Source of the DNA: an uncultured Chthonomonadaceae bacterium
GTDB taxonomy: Bacteria; Armatimonadota; Chthonomonadetes; Chthonomonadales; Chthonomonadaceae
Length of the DNA: 64,000 nt
Assembly (NCBI GenBank): GCA_963817895.1
Contig: CAWFQB010000014.1
Location: 672,001 to 736,000, forward strand
Direction of reading: 5' to 3'
Shown here: in pieces, positions 44,805 to 54,135 of the stretch
Layout: every line of letters begins with the position of its first letter
Position numbering within the stretch: position 1 is the stretch's first letter
Program-made: the position numbers and the translations under genes
Notes under the pieces: model-generated
What the model was told of the DNA's origin: nothing
The model's input: the letters and a program-made list of their open reading frames with translations, nothing else
Databases searched by the model: none

Positions 44805-45289
44805 ATGAGCATTTATCCCTCCCCCGATAAACTCGACGCGCAGGAAAGCAAATACGCGCTCGTGATTCTGGCCGCCAAACGCGCCCGCCAGATCAAGGAC
44901 GGCGCGCGCGCCCTTGTTCCCAACCGCTCCACCAATCCGCTTACGGGCGCGTTGGAAGAGATTGCCGAAGGGGCTATAATTGCCCGCGTCGTAGAAGATT
45001 CCGCCGCCGCCGCGCAGAAAGCCGCGCTCCGGCCCACCACGCCAACGCTGGAAGACATCATTGCCGCCGGCCCGGTTATTTCTCTGGAACCCGATCCCGA
45101 CAGCCCCGCCGGTCAGATCGCCGCGCTCCGCGCCGCTGACTCTGATGACGACGATGAGATCTCGTGGAAGATGACCGCGACGACGTGCTGACGCCCGTAG
45201 ACGTGTTCGCGCAGGACGCCCCCGGCCTGATGAGCGAAATGGACGAAGAAGACGACCTGATTCCCTCCATTGAAGATGAGGACGAGTAG
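44805..45289 (+). CDS. rpoZ: RNA polymerase omega subunit with long acidic tail (frameshift near 45160)
   Basis: YPS.D.L....SKYALVILAAKRARQI, NPLTGALEEI; tail continues LVEDDRDD...IEDEDE* to 45289. Confidence 0.88.
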
Positions 45290-45299
45290 AGGAAGATAG

Positions 45300-45368
45300 G
45301 AGATACAAGATACGAGATACGAGGTAGTAGAACAGTTGCATTTACTCGTATCTCGTATCTTGTATCTC
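45300..45368. repeat. Hairpin of 7-nt tandem units (GAGATAC / GTATCTC)
   Basis: gagatacaagatacgagatacgag versus ctcgtatctcgtatcttgtatctc. Confidence 0.85.
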
Positions 45369-45383
45369 TTCCCTGGATTTCTC

Positions 45384-46865
45384 ATGCCAAAAATCGTAGG
45401 AATTGATCTCGGCACGACCAACTCGGTCATTGCTGTTATGGAGGGCGCGGAGCCGGTCGTGATTTCCCTTGCCGAAGGGACGCGGCTTTGCCCTTCTGTC
45501 GTCGGCTTCACCCGTACGGGGGAACGCTTGGTCGGGCCGCTTGCCAAACGGCAGGCATTGGCTGCGCCGGAACGCACTATTCGCAGCATCAAGCGTCACA
45601 TGGGTACGGATTACACGGTGGAAATTGACAATCGGCGCATTGACGCCGCAGGAGATTTCCGCCCTGATTTTGCAAAAACTAAAAGCGGACGCGGAAAGCT
45701 ATCTCGGCGAACCCGTTGAAAAGGCCGTGATTACGGTTCCCGCCTATTTTTCGGACGCGCAGCGGCAGGCCACCAAGGACGCGGGTACGATTGCCGGGCT
45801 GGACGTGGTTCGCATACTCAATGAGCCGACGGCTGCCGCGCTCGCATACGGAGCCAATCAAGAGGATGTGCAAAACGTTCTGGTGTGGGATTTGGGCGGC
45901 GGCACGTTCGACGTGTCCCTGCTGGAAGCGGGCGACGGCCTGTTCCATGTCCGCGCGACGAATGGCGATACCGAGTTAGGCGGCGACGATTGGGATTCGC
46001 GCCTGATGGAGTGGCTTGCCGATCAGTTCGCGAAGACGACAAGCCTCAATGTGCGCGGGGATCGCGCCGCCATGCAGCGATTGAAGGAAGCGGCGGAAAA
46101 AGCCAAAATTGAACTGAGCGCCCTGACGCAAACCAATATCAATCTGCCCTTTTTGTCGGTTGGCGCGGACGGCCCGCAGCATCTCGACATAGACCTTACG
46201 CGGGCGCAGATGGAAAAAATTTGCTCTGACCTGCTGGATCGCCTGATTGCGCCCTCCAAACAGGCGCTTGCCGACGCCAAAATGCAGGCCAGAGACATTG
46301 ACCGTATCCTGCTTGTCGGCGGTTCCACGCGAATGCCCGCCGTGCAGGAACTTGCGCGCCGAATGTTCGGTAAAGAACCCTACAAAGGCTTGAATCCCGA
46401 AGAGGCCATCGCGCTTGGCGCAGCCTTGCAGGGCGGCGTTCTGAATGAAGAGGTCACGGATTTACTGCTGCTGGACGTGACCCCGCTTTCGCTTGGCATC
46501 GAAACACTGGGCGGCGAAATCACGCACATCATCAGCCGCAACACTACCGTTCCCACGCAGAGCCGAAAAGTGTTTACAACCGCCAATGACGGGCAAACGA
46601 CGGTCGAGATCAAAGTGTATCAGGGCGAACACCGATTGGCGCGTTACAATAAGTTTCTCGCCAATTTTCAACTGACGGACATTCCCCGTTTGGGACGCGG
46701 CCTGCCCAAAATCGAAGTGGTCTTCGACATAGACGTGAACGGCATCGTCCACGTCACCGCCGTAGAACAAACTACGGGGCGACAGCAGCATATTCAGATC
46801 AACCATGCCATCGGCCTAGCGCGGAAGAGATCGCCCGGTTAAGTCAGGTCGTACAGCAGAAGTGA
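45384..46865 (+). CDS. dnaK: Hsp70 chaperone DnaK, C-terminally short; frameshifts near 45635 and 46820
   Basis: [59 protein letters not shown]; ends [14 protein letters not shown]. Confidence 0.9.
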
Positions 46866-46971
46866 GGTTTTAGGGTTCTAGGGTTTTAGGGTTACAGGGT
46901 GTTGCTGGTATCAAACTCTACTTCCCTTTCTGAAATCCAGATTCCTTAAAACCCTAGAACCCTAAAACCCT
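46866..46971. repeat. Hairpin of 8-nt tandem units (TTTTAGGG / CCCTAAAA) between dnaK and dnaJ
   Basis: ggttttagggttctagggttttagggtt versus aaaaccctagaaccctaaaaccct. Confidence 0.85.
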
Positions 46972-46988
46972 ACGTTTTGAGGAGCAAC

Positions 46989-48131
46989 ATGGCGACGGAA
47001 TCGCGTGACTATTACGAAGTGCTGGGAGTATCTCGCAGCGCCAGCCCGGAAGAGCTGAAGCGCGCCTACCGCAACCTTGCCAAAAAGTTCCACCCGGACA
47101 TCAACAAGGCCCCGGATGCGGCGGAAAAGTTCAAGGAGATACAGTCCGCATACGACGTGTTAAGCGACGAGGGCAAGCGCCGCCAGTTTGACCGCTTTGG
47201 CGTGGAGGGCTTGAACGGCGCGAGTGGCGGTGGCTTCGGCGGCGACTTTGGCGGCGGGGGCGCGGCTCCGTTCGGCGACATTTTTGATATTCTGTTCAAT
47301 CAGGCGGGGGGCGGGGCTACCAACCGTCCGGCGGAACCGGCGCGGGGCGACAACCTGCGCGAAGATCTGGAATTGTCGCTGGAAGAGGTGGCGACCGGCG
47401 TTGAAAAAACCATCAAGTACGCCCGCATGGAAACCTGCGAAACCTGTCACGGCGAGGGAGCGAAACCCGGAACCACGACGGAAACCTGCCCGCAGTGTCA
47501 CGGTCAGGGCCAGATACGCTTTTCGCAAAACACCCTGCTCGGCACGTTTCATACCAGCCAGCCGTGCAACAAATGCCGGGGAACGGGCAAAGTGATCCCC
47601 TCCCCCTGCCAGACGTGCAGCGGGGCCGGACGGGTCCGCAAAACAACGGAACGGACGCTGAAAATACCCGCAGGTATCGAATCGGGCAAGCATCTGCGCG
47701 TTGTGGGCATGGGCGATGTGGGCGAACGCGACGGACGCGCGGGCGATCTGTACGTGGTCATTTATGTGCGCGATCATGAGGTTTTCGAGCGGCAGGGTAA
47801 CGATATTTACTGCGAAATCAAGATTTCCATCGCGCGCGCCGCATTGGGCGGCCCTATCGAAATCCCTGTTCTCGGCGGCAAAGATGAATTGAAGCTGAAT
47901 GAGGGTACACAGCCCGCGCAGGTGTATACCCTGCGCGGCAAGGGGCTGCCCGATATGAACGGCAGGGGCAAGGGCGACCAACACATCGTCGTCAAGGTGG
48001 AAGTGCCAACCCGTCTTACCGGCGAACAGCGCGAACTCCTGCGCCAGTTCGCCGCCACAACCGGCGAAAAACTAAACGAACATAAACACGACGGCCCGAA
48101 CATACTGGGCCGTATTTTAGGAAAACATTAA
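46989..48131 (+). CDS. dnaJ: Chaperone DnaJ
   Basis: [13 protein letters not shown] region, four CxxCxGxG repeats. Confidence 0.97.
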   Translation: MATESRDYYEVLGVSRSASPEELKRAYRNLAKKFHPDINKAPDAAEKFKEIQSAYDVLSDEGKRRQFDRFGVEGLNGASGGGFGGDFGGGGAAPFGDIFDILFNQAGGGATNRPAEPARGDNLREDLELSLEEVATGVEKTIKYARMETCETCHGEGAKPGTTTETCPQCHGQGQIRFSQNTLLGTFHTSQPCNKCRGTGKVIPSPCQTCSGAGRVRKTTERTLKIPAGIESGKHLRVVGMGDVGERDGRAGDLYVVIYVRDHEVFERQGNDIYCEIKISIARAALGGPIEIPVLGGKDELKLNEGTQPAQVYTLRGKGLPDMNGRGKGDQHIVVKVEVPTRLTGEQRELLRQFAATTGEKLNEHKHDGPNILGRILGKH

Positions 48132-49006
48132 TGCGTTGGGCGCAAATGACGGTGCAGTGCGCGCCGGAAGCGACGGAAGCGGTCAGTTACGCTTTTTTGC
48201 AGGCGGGCTGTGGCGGCGTGATGATGCGCGGGAGCGATCCGGTTTCCGTGCAGGGCAGCCTCCCCGTTTCGGATGAACTGTCCGCCCGATTGACGGATTT
48301 GAAGGCGCATCTGGAGCGTTTGCCGGAATTCGGCTTGCCGCCGCTTGTGGACGGCCTGACCATTCAGTACGCGGAAGACGAGGATTGGGCCAACGCCTGG
48401 AAGCAGTATTTCAAGCCGTCCAGAGTAGGCGAACGGCTTGTCATTGTGCCGTCGTGGGAAGACTACGCGCCCGAAGCCACAGACCTCATCCTCAAACTAG
48501 ATCCCGGCATGGCGTTCGGCACGGGCGGGCATCCCACCACGCGCCTGTGCATGGAGGTTCTGGAAACAACCGTTACGGCAGGCATGAGAGTGGCAGATGT
48601 GGGAACGGGCAGCGGCATCCTTGCCATTGCCGCCGCCCGATTGGGCGCAGAACAGGTTTGGGCAACCGACATTGACCCGCTCGCCTGCCGGATTGCTGCG
48701 GAGAATGTCGCCATCAATGAACTGGCGGATACAGTTCATGTTCTGGATTTGCCCGCGTGGGACAGGCAGGCGCAGGATTGCGATTTGATTGTCGCCAACA
48801 TCTTAGCGGGAACCATCATTGAACTCGCGCCCGGTCTCGCGCCGCGCTTGAAGCCCAACGGCATTTTCATCGCGTCCGGCATTGTGGAAGAGTATCGCGC
48901 GGATGTTGTGAACGCGCTTGCCGCTGTCGGGCTGCGCCACGTTTCCACGCGCAATGAGGATATATGGGTCTGCCTTGTAGCTGAAATGGGGTCAGGCTCG
49001 GAATAG
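48131..49006 (+). CDS. prmA: Ribosomal protein L11 methyltransferase
   Basis: DWANAWKQYF, DPGMAFGTG.HPTT, DVGTGSGILA, ANI. Confidence 0.95.
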   Translation: MRWAQMTVQCAPEATEAVSYAFLQAGCGGVMMRGSDPVSVQGSLPVSDELSARLTDLKAHLERLPEFGLPPLVDGLTIQYAEDEDWANAWKQYFKPSRVGERLVIVPSWEDYAPEATDLILKLDPGMAFGTGGHPTTRLCMEVLETTVTAGMRVADVGTGSGILAIAAARLGAEQVWATDIDPLACRIAAENVAINELADTVHVLDLPAWDRQAQDCDLIVANILAGTIIELAPGLAPRLKPNGIFIASGIVEEYRADVVNALAAVGLRHVSTRNEDIWVCLVAEMGSGSE

Positions 49007-49019
49007 AGGATTGCCGGGG

Positions 49020-50045
49020 ATGATCCTGTATGAGTATGTGGAAGACACGCTTGACTGGCTGACCGCTGTTGGCGGCGGAACCGGACGCGAAAACGCGCCT
49101 CGCGCCCTACGCGCCGCCATTCGCCATCTCGACAGCCCGCTTCCCGCCCGCCGCTCTCATGCCGAAGCGCAATTACGCCGCGCGCCCCTGCGCCATGCGA
49201 CTCCCCTGCTTCACCGCGCCGCCCGTTCTCGTGTTCCGCTGCGCGCCGTCCGCGCCGCCGTGCTGCTGTCGCAAATGGGCGATCAGGCGGGCAATGAACT
49301 GCTGCACCACCTTGTTTCCGAACCTCTATTTCGGGAGGGGCAGGAGCGCGAAAGCCTGCGCCATGCCGCCCGCTTGCTTCTTGCGCCCGAAACCTATATT
49401 CGTCAGGCCACAGCCGCGCTTGCGCAGGTGGAGCAGCGCGCGGACAGTTGCCGCGCTATCGCCCGCTTTCGGCAGGCGACGGAAATCCTGCGGTTTTTAC
49501 ATGCGCCCCTTCCGTTTCAACTTCTGGATCGCGCGCTTGTCACGCGCGCGGTTGGCGGCGAGAACCTGAGTCTGGCGCGGCAGGTCTTGCGCGGATCGCA
49601 GGGCGTGGATGTGGAACATGTTTGCCTTGTCCGTATGCAGGCCGTTCTGATGCTCCTTCAGGCGCAGGATCACTCGTCTGCCCTGCGGAAGTTGATGCAA
49701 ACGGTCACGTATCCCAATCCTGCCGTGCAGATTACCGCTCTGTATGGTTTGGAGATACTGCGCGATACCCGCGCCATTAATGCGCTGTTGCCCATCGCGC
49801 AGGACGAGCGCAGTCCCATACGGGAGGATGCGCGGGAACTGGTTGCGCTGCTCGGCACAAAGGGTTCCGGCGCGCTGACCCTGCTGCGCGCGTCGGGGCG
49901 TCACGAGGACGCGACTGATGAGTTGTTGCGTCCCCTGCGCCCCCGTAACGATGAGCCGCAAACCCTGATGCGCTCGATTTCCCCACCCTCCTTTATCGGC
50001 AATGAGCAAATCGCGCAGGAGATTGATAGCCGCGCAGGTGAATAG
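49020..50045 (+). CDS. HEAT-repeat-like protein with triple-LLR tail
   Basis: PNPAVQITALYGL, RAINALLPIA, tail TLLRAS..DELLRP..QTLMR. Confidence 0.7.
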   Translation: MILYEYVEDTLDWLTAVGGGTGRENAPRALRAAIRHLDSPLPARRSHAEAQLRRAPLRHATPLLHRAARSRVPLRAVRAAVLLSQMGDQAGNELLHHLVSEPLFREGQERESLRHAARLLLAPETYIRQATAALAQVEQRADSCRAIARFRQATEILRFLHAPLPFQLLDRALVTRAVGGENLSLARQVLRGSQGVDVEHVCLVRMQAVLMLLQAQDHSSALRKLMQTVTYPNPAVQITALYGLEILRDTRAINALLPIAQDERSPIREDARELVALLGTKGSGALTLLRASGRHEDATDELLRPLRPRNDEPQTLMRSISPPSFIGNEQIAQEIDSRAGE

Positions 50046-50051
50046 TCCCTC

Positions 50052-51012
50052 ATGTTATCCCAACCCATCGGCAGGCTTTACGCCCGTTATGCAATTTACC
50101 GCGCCATTCGCCTCCTGAACGATCCTCGCCCGGACGTTCGCAAAGCGGCGGCGGTTCAGCTGCGGGGCGCGCAATCCCTGAGCGTGAAACCGCTGCGGCA
50201 GGTGGCGTTTCGGCAGCGTTCCCTGCTTGCCGTCCACGCGGCGGAACTGCTGGTGGAAATGGAGGACGCGCAGGGGTTGTACGCCCTGCTCGCGCAATAC
50301 TCCGACCGCTATTTATCCGTCTGGTACGGGCAGCATCTGCGCCTGATTCTGGCGCGAGTCGGCAGCGAGCGCATTTTGCGCGTTCTGGAAGCCGCCTTAG
50401 ATTGGATGGAAACTTCTCCCCTGTTGCGCGAACACTGGTGCCTGTCGCTGTCGGTTTATTCCCTTCACGCGCTGGAAGCCCTCCGCGCCCCTGTTCCCAT
50501 TGCGCTGTGGCGGCGCGCGCTGGCCGCGTACGCGCCCGGTTTCGAAGACCTGCGCGTATGCAGAACCGTTGTCACAACGCAGGATAACGTGGGCGGCACT
50601 GCCTCCACCTTCGACGATAACTGGCGGGTCGGTTCCACGCTGGCCGCCGTGCGCCGCGTGGCTGTGGATGCCCTGCTCACGCTGGATCGCGCGCGCGCTT
50701 TCGACCTGCTGCGCGACGCCCTTGCCCACCCTTCACCGGAAGTTCAGATTACCGCGATGTACGGCATGGCGCATCTTCAAGATCTCCCGAGCCTACGTGC
50801 TGCTACAACCCATTGCCGCCGACCGCCGCCATCCCCTATCCAAAGACGCCCGCCGCGTGATCGAGTCGTTCGGTTCGCGTCAGCCCGACGCCCTGACCCT
50901 CGTTCGCGCTGCGGTTCCACAAGAAGCCGCGCCCGATGAACTGCTGCGCCCCTCCGTACCGCTTGAAGACGCCGACCCCGACACGCTGTTAAGAGTTGTC
51001 GGCAGCCCGTAA
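50052..51012 (+). CDS. HEAT-repeat-like protein, paralog of the preceding gene (frameshift near 50790)
   Basis: LNDPRPDVRKAAA, HPSPEVQITAMYGM; C-terminus in ORF 50500-51012 TLVRAA..DELLRP..DTLLRV. Confidence 0.7.
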
Positions 51013-51024
51013 AAGGAGATTTAT

Positions 51025-51843
51025 TTGTCTGAATTGCCCTACCATTTGTGCGCGGTTGATATGGACGATACGCTGCTCGATCCAAACCATGAGATTACGC
51101 CTGTAAGCGCCGTCGCCGTGCAGAAAGTTCGGGATTTGGGAGTTACCGTTGTCGTGGCGTCGGGGAGGATGCATGCCGCTACACGACGCTATACGCGGCA
51201 ACTGAATCTGGATACGCCCGTAATCTCCTATAACGGCGCAATGGTGAAGAACGCGGCAACCGGGGAGGTGTGGCTGGAAGAGCATGTCAGCGCGGAACTG
51301 GCCGCCACAATTCGGCAATACGCGCGGGAAAACAACCTGCAACTGAACTACTACCTGCATGATATGCTGTATTCCGCCGCGCAAACGCAGTGGCTGGACT
51401 TGTATCAGGGGCGCACGGGCGCGCCCATTGAGATACTGCCCGATTTTGAGGAGAAACTGCGCGGCACGACGCCTACCAAACTGGTCTTTGTGGATTCGCC
51501 GGAGCGTATTGCCGGATTGCTTAAACCGATGCAGGAGCGGTTCGGAAAGCAGGCGTATGTCACGCGCAGCAACGACGAGTATCTGGAATTCATGCCGCCC
51601 GATGCCGACAAAGGCAAGGCGCTGGCATTAGTCGCCGCAAAGTTAAACATACCCGCCGCGCAAATCATCGCCTTTGGAGATAGCTGGAACGATATTCCCA
51701 TGCTGAAATGGGCCGGACATAGCTGCGCCATGTCCAACGCCAAGCCCGAAGTATGCAGCGTTGCCACTGAAGTTATTGGCAGCAACGCGGAAGATGGCGT
51801 AGCCCACGCATTGGCGAATATTTACGGCTTTACGCTTGACTAA
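51025..51843 (+). CDS. Cof-type HAD hydrolase
   Basis: DMDDTLL, ASGR, NGA, DKG, FGDSWND..M, N.EDGVA. Confidence 0.92.
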   Translation: MSELPYHLCAVDMDDTLLDPNHEITPVSAVAVQKVRDLGVTVVVASGRMHAATRRYTRQLNLDTPVISYNGAMVKNAATGEVWLEEHVSAELAATIRQYARENNLQLNYYLHDMLYSAAQTQWLDLYQGRTGAPIEILPDFEEKLRGTTPTKLVFVDSPERIAGLLKPMQERFGKQAYVTRSNDEYLEFMPPDADKGKALALVAAKLNIPAAQIIAFGDSWNDIPMLKWAGHSCAMSNAKPEVCSVATEVIGSNAEDGVAHALANIYGFTLD

Positions 51844-51953
51844 GAGCCTATACTGAGTAGCCCTCAACCCCTGACCCCTTCTCCCAAAAAGGCTTGGGAG
51901 AAGGGGAACCTATTGGCATAGACTGATTTAAACGCCTTGCAGGAGAAAATTTT

Positions 51954-52784
51954 ATGTCACTCTTGAAACCGCTCGACGGCAGTAAGAAGGTTCAGCTTTC
52001 CAAAATTGACCCGTCCGATACGGGCAAGATGAATCATGACGACGCAAGGAAGCAGGAGGACGATCTGAAGACGGAGTTGGCAGAACTGCAAACGCTGCTG
52101 TACGCCGCGCAGCAAACGCCCCTGCTGATTGTGCTACAGGGCATGGATACGGCGGGTAAAGATGGCGCGATTCGCGGATTGTCCGGCGCGATGAATCCGC
52201 AAAGCTGCCGGGTCGCCACCTTCAAAGTGCCGACGCCTGCCGAGGCCTCTCACGATTTTCTCTGGCGCGTCCATGCCGAAACACCCGGCAAAGGCAACGT
52301 CACTATTTTCAACCGTTCGCACTATGAGGATGTGCTGGTCGTTCGCGTCCACAATCTGATTCCCAAAGCGGATTGGGAAAAGCGGTACGACCATATCAAC
52401 AACTTCGAGCGCCTGCTGACGGATTCGGGTACGATTGTGCGTAAATTCTTCCTGCACATCAGCAAGGACGAGCAGGAACAGCGGCTCCTGGCGCGGGAAC
52501 AGGACCCCACAAAATCGTGGAAGTTGTCGCCACAGGACTGGAAAGAGCGAGAACTGTGGGACGACTATCAGACCGCCTATGAGGACGCGCTCAACCGCTG
52601 CGCCACGCCCGACGCGCCCTGGTATATTGTTCCCGCCGACCACAAATGGTTCCGCGACATCGCCATTGCTCAAACGCTGGTAGATACGCTCAAGCCCCTG
52701 CGCAACGATTGGATGCAACTGCTGAAATCGAGAGGCGCGGAAGAACTGAAACAACTCCGCGCCATGCGCCAGCAGCACTCATAG
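51954..52784 (+). CDS. ppk2: Polyphosphate kinase 2 family protein (class III-like)
   Basis: QGMDTAGKDG, FKVP..E..HDFLWR, FNRSHYEDVL, KFFLHISK, W..VPAD.KW. Confidence 0.92.
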   Translation: MSLLKPLDGSKKVQLSKIDPSDTGKMNHDDARKQEDDLKTELAELQTLLYAAQQTPLLIVLQGMDTAGKDGAIRGLSGAMNPQSCRVATFKVPTPAEASHDFLWRVHAETPGKGNVTIFNRSHYEDVLVVRVHNLIPKADWEKRYDHINNFERLLTDSGTIVRKFFLHISKDEQEQRLLAREQDPTKSWKLSPQDWKERELWDDYQTAYEDALNRCATPDAPWYIVPADHKWFRDIAIAQTLVDTLKPLRNDWMQLLKSRGAEELKQLRAMRQQHS

Positions 52785-53231
52785 GCTGTCCTGTAACAAC
52801 TGTATCGTTTGCAGCGCGTCGGGGCGGGGAACCTGACGGATTTCAAAGCCGTCCGCAAAATAGATCGCGCGGCTGTCATGCAGATGGAAGTTTGCCCACT
52901 GCGCGGCGGACAGGCCGAAATGATCCTGTATGTGGACGTTCGCGCCATGCGCCAACAAGAGGCGAACCACATTCGGGCGCGCGTTTCGGGCCGCCGCCAT
53001 CAGGGGCGTATCGCCGAACCGATCCTGCGCGTTGATGTTCGCGCCCCTGCCAAGCCAGTACGCCGCTTCCTGCGCCTGCCCCTCGTCGGCAGCCTGCGCC
53101 AAACGCGCGCTCACATAGGCCACGCAGCAGGCGCGTTCAACCGTCTGCCCCGCAAAACCTCCTGCCGCAAACGCGAACATCGCCAGAGCGGTTCGCAGCG
53201 GCAGCGACATTTTAATGCCAATTGTTACCAT
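52779..53231 (-). CDS. Exported ankyrin-repeat protein
   Basis: GANINAQDRFGDTPLMAAA, LLLAHGANV. Confidence 0.8.
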   Translation of the reverse strand: MVTIGIKMSLPLRTALAMFAFAAGGFAGQTVERACCVAYVSARLAQAADEGQAQEAAYWLGRGANINAQDRFGDTPLMAAARNARPNVVRLLLAHGANVHIQDHFGLSAAQWANFHLHDSRAIYFADGFEIRQVPRPDALQTIQLLQDSL

Positions 53232-53316
53232 AGCGCTTTGTTCTCCATAAAGGGGTATTGCTCATGCCCGAACAGGCGCATTTCGGAGACGCGCCTGGGA
53301 TACTGGCGAAAAGTAG

Positions 53317-54135
53317 TCAGCGCCCCATGTAGGGACTATCATCCCATAACGCCAATTGACTTGATGTACCCGGCAGGCTCACATTGCCTTGTTTGTCTAA
53401 CTTATGCTGGTCTGCTATCGCTCCGAACCATTTGCACAGGAGGTCTGCATCCATAACAACACGCCCATAGTGATTCCGCTGAACGCTTAACAATTCTTCA
53501 ATCTCAATGTTACGCCGGTGGTGCAGAATGTACCGGGTGAGCAACGGCCCCATCGTAAAATTAAGGCGTGATGTTGTTAGCAAAGAGCGAACAATGCACA
53601 AAGCGGGGTAAGGATTCGCCTCCAAGTTGATTTCGACAGTCTGATTGAGAAAAGCCTCGAAGAAACCATGAGAGTAGATTGTTCGCTTCCGTTTTTTACC
53701 GCCCAGTTCAACGGCAATGGCTTCGACATTCAAAAAGGTGGTTTGGGGCAGGTCAGCAAAATCAGCATGTCGAACATGGCTTTCTCGGAAAGCCCAGGTA
53801 TCGTTCAGCGTCCACATGTCGAATAGCCAACCTTGATGTTCCATGTGCAAACCGCCAAACCGCGTATCTCGTATGAAGTGCCTTTTCATAGTTTTGCGCA
53901 TGTCGCAAGTGGAAACACCGCCAATGACTACATCCACATCGCGCACTTGCGCTTTCAAACCATTACTCAGCAGATCACGCGCGACGCCGCCGAATATATA
54001 TGCCGACCATTGATTTTCGTAGATGTGACCAAGCACAGACTGCATCGGCTTACGCCTGCGCGTCTCTTTAGTCAGAAAGTCACTGATTCTATGGCGGAGA
54101 ATTTGCTCCTGTTGTTCAATCTTTGCGTCAGCCAT
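53317..54135 (-). CDS. Divergent class II nucleotidyltransferase (CCA/poly(A) polymerase head-like)
   Basis: YIFGGVARD...VRDVDVV (GGxxRD/DxD), FG motif, FDMW putative third Asp, DLPQTTFLNVEAIA in place of DLxRRDFTINA. Confidence 0.7.
   Translation of the reverse strand: MADAKIEQQEQILRHRISDFLTKETRRRKPMQSVLGHIYENQWSAYIFGGVARDLLSNGLKAQVRDVDVVIGGVSTCDMRKTMKRHFIRDTRFGGLHMEHQGWLFDMWTLNDTWAFRESHVRHADFADLPQTTFLNVEAIAVELGGKKRKRTIYSHGFFEAFLNQTVEINLEANPYPALCIVRSLLTTSRLNFTMGPLLTRYILHHRRNIEIEELLSVQRNHYGRVVMDADLLCKWFGAIADQHKLDKQGNVSLPGTSSQLALWDDSPYMGR

Noticed and set aside
53317..54135. Housekeeping CCA-adding enzyme or CBASS CD-NTase
   Set aside because: It lacks the RRD motif and the body/tail of CCA enzymes. 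Its GGxxRD start is class II rather than the GS motif of CD-NTases, and no Cap effector is present.
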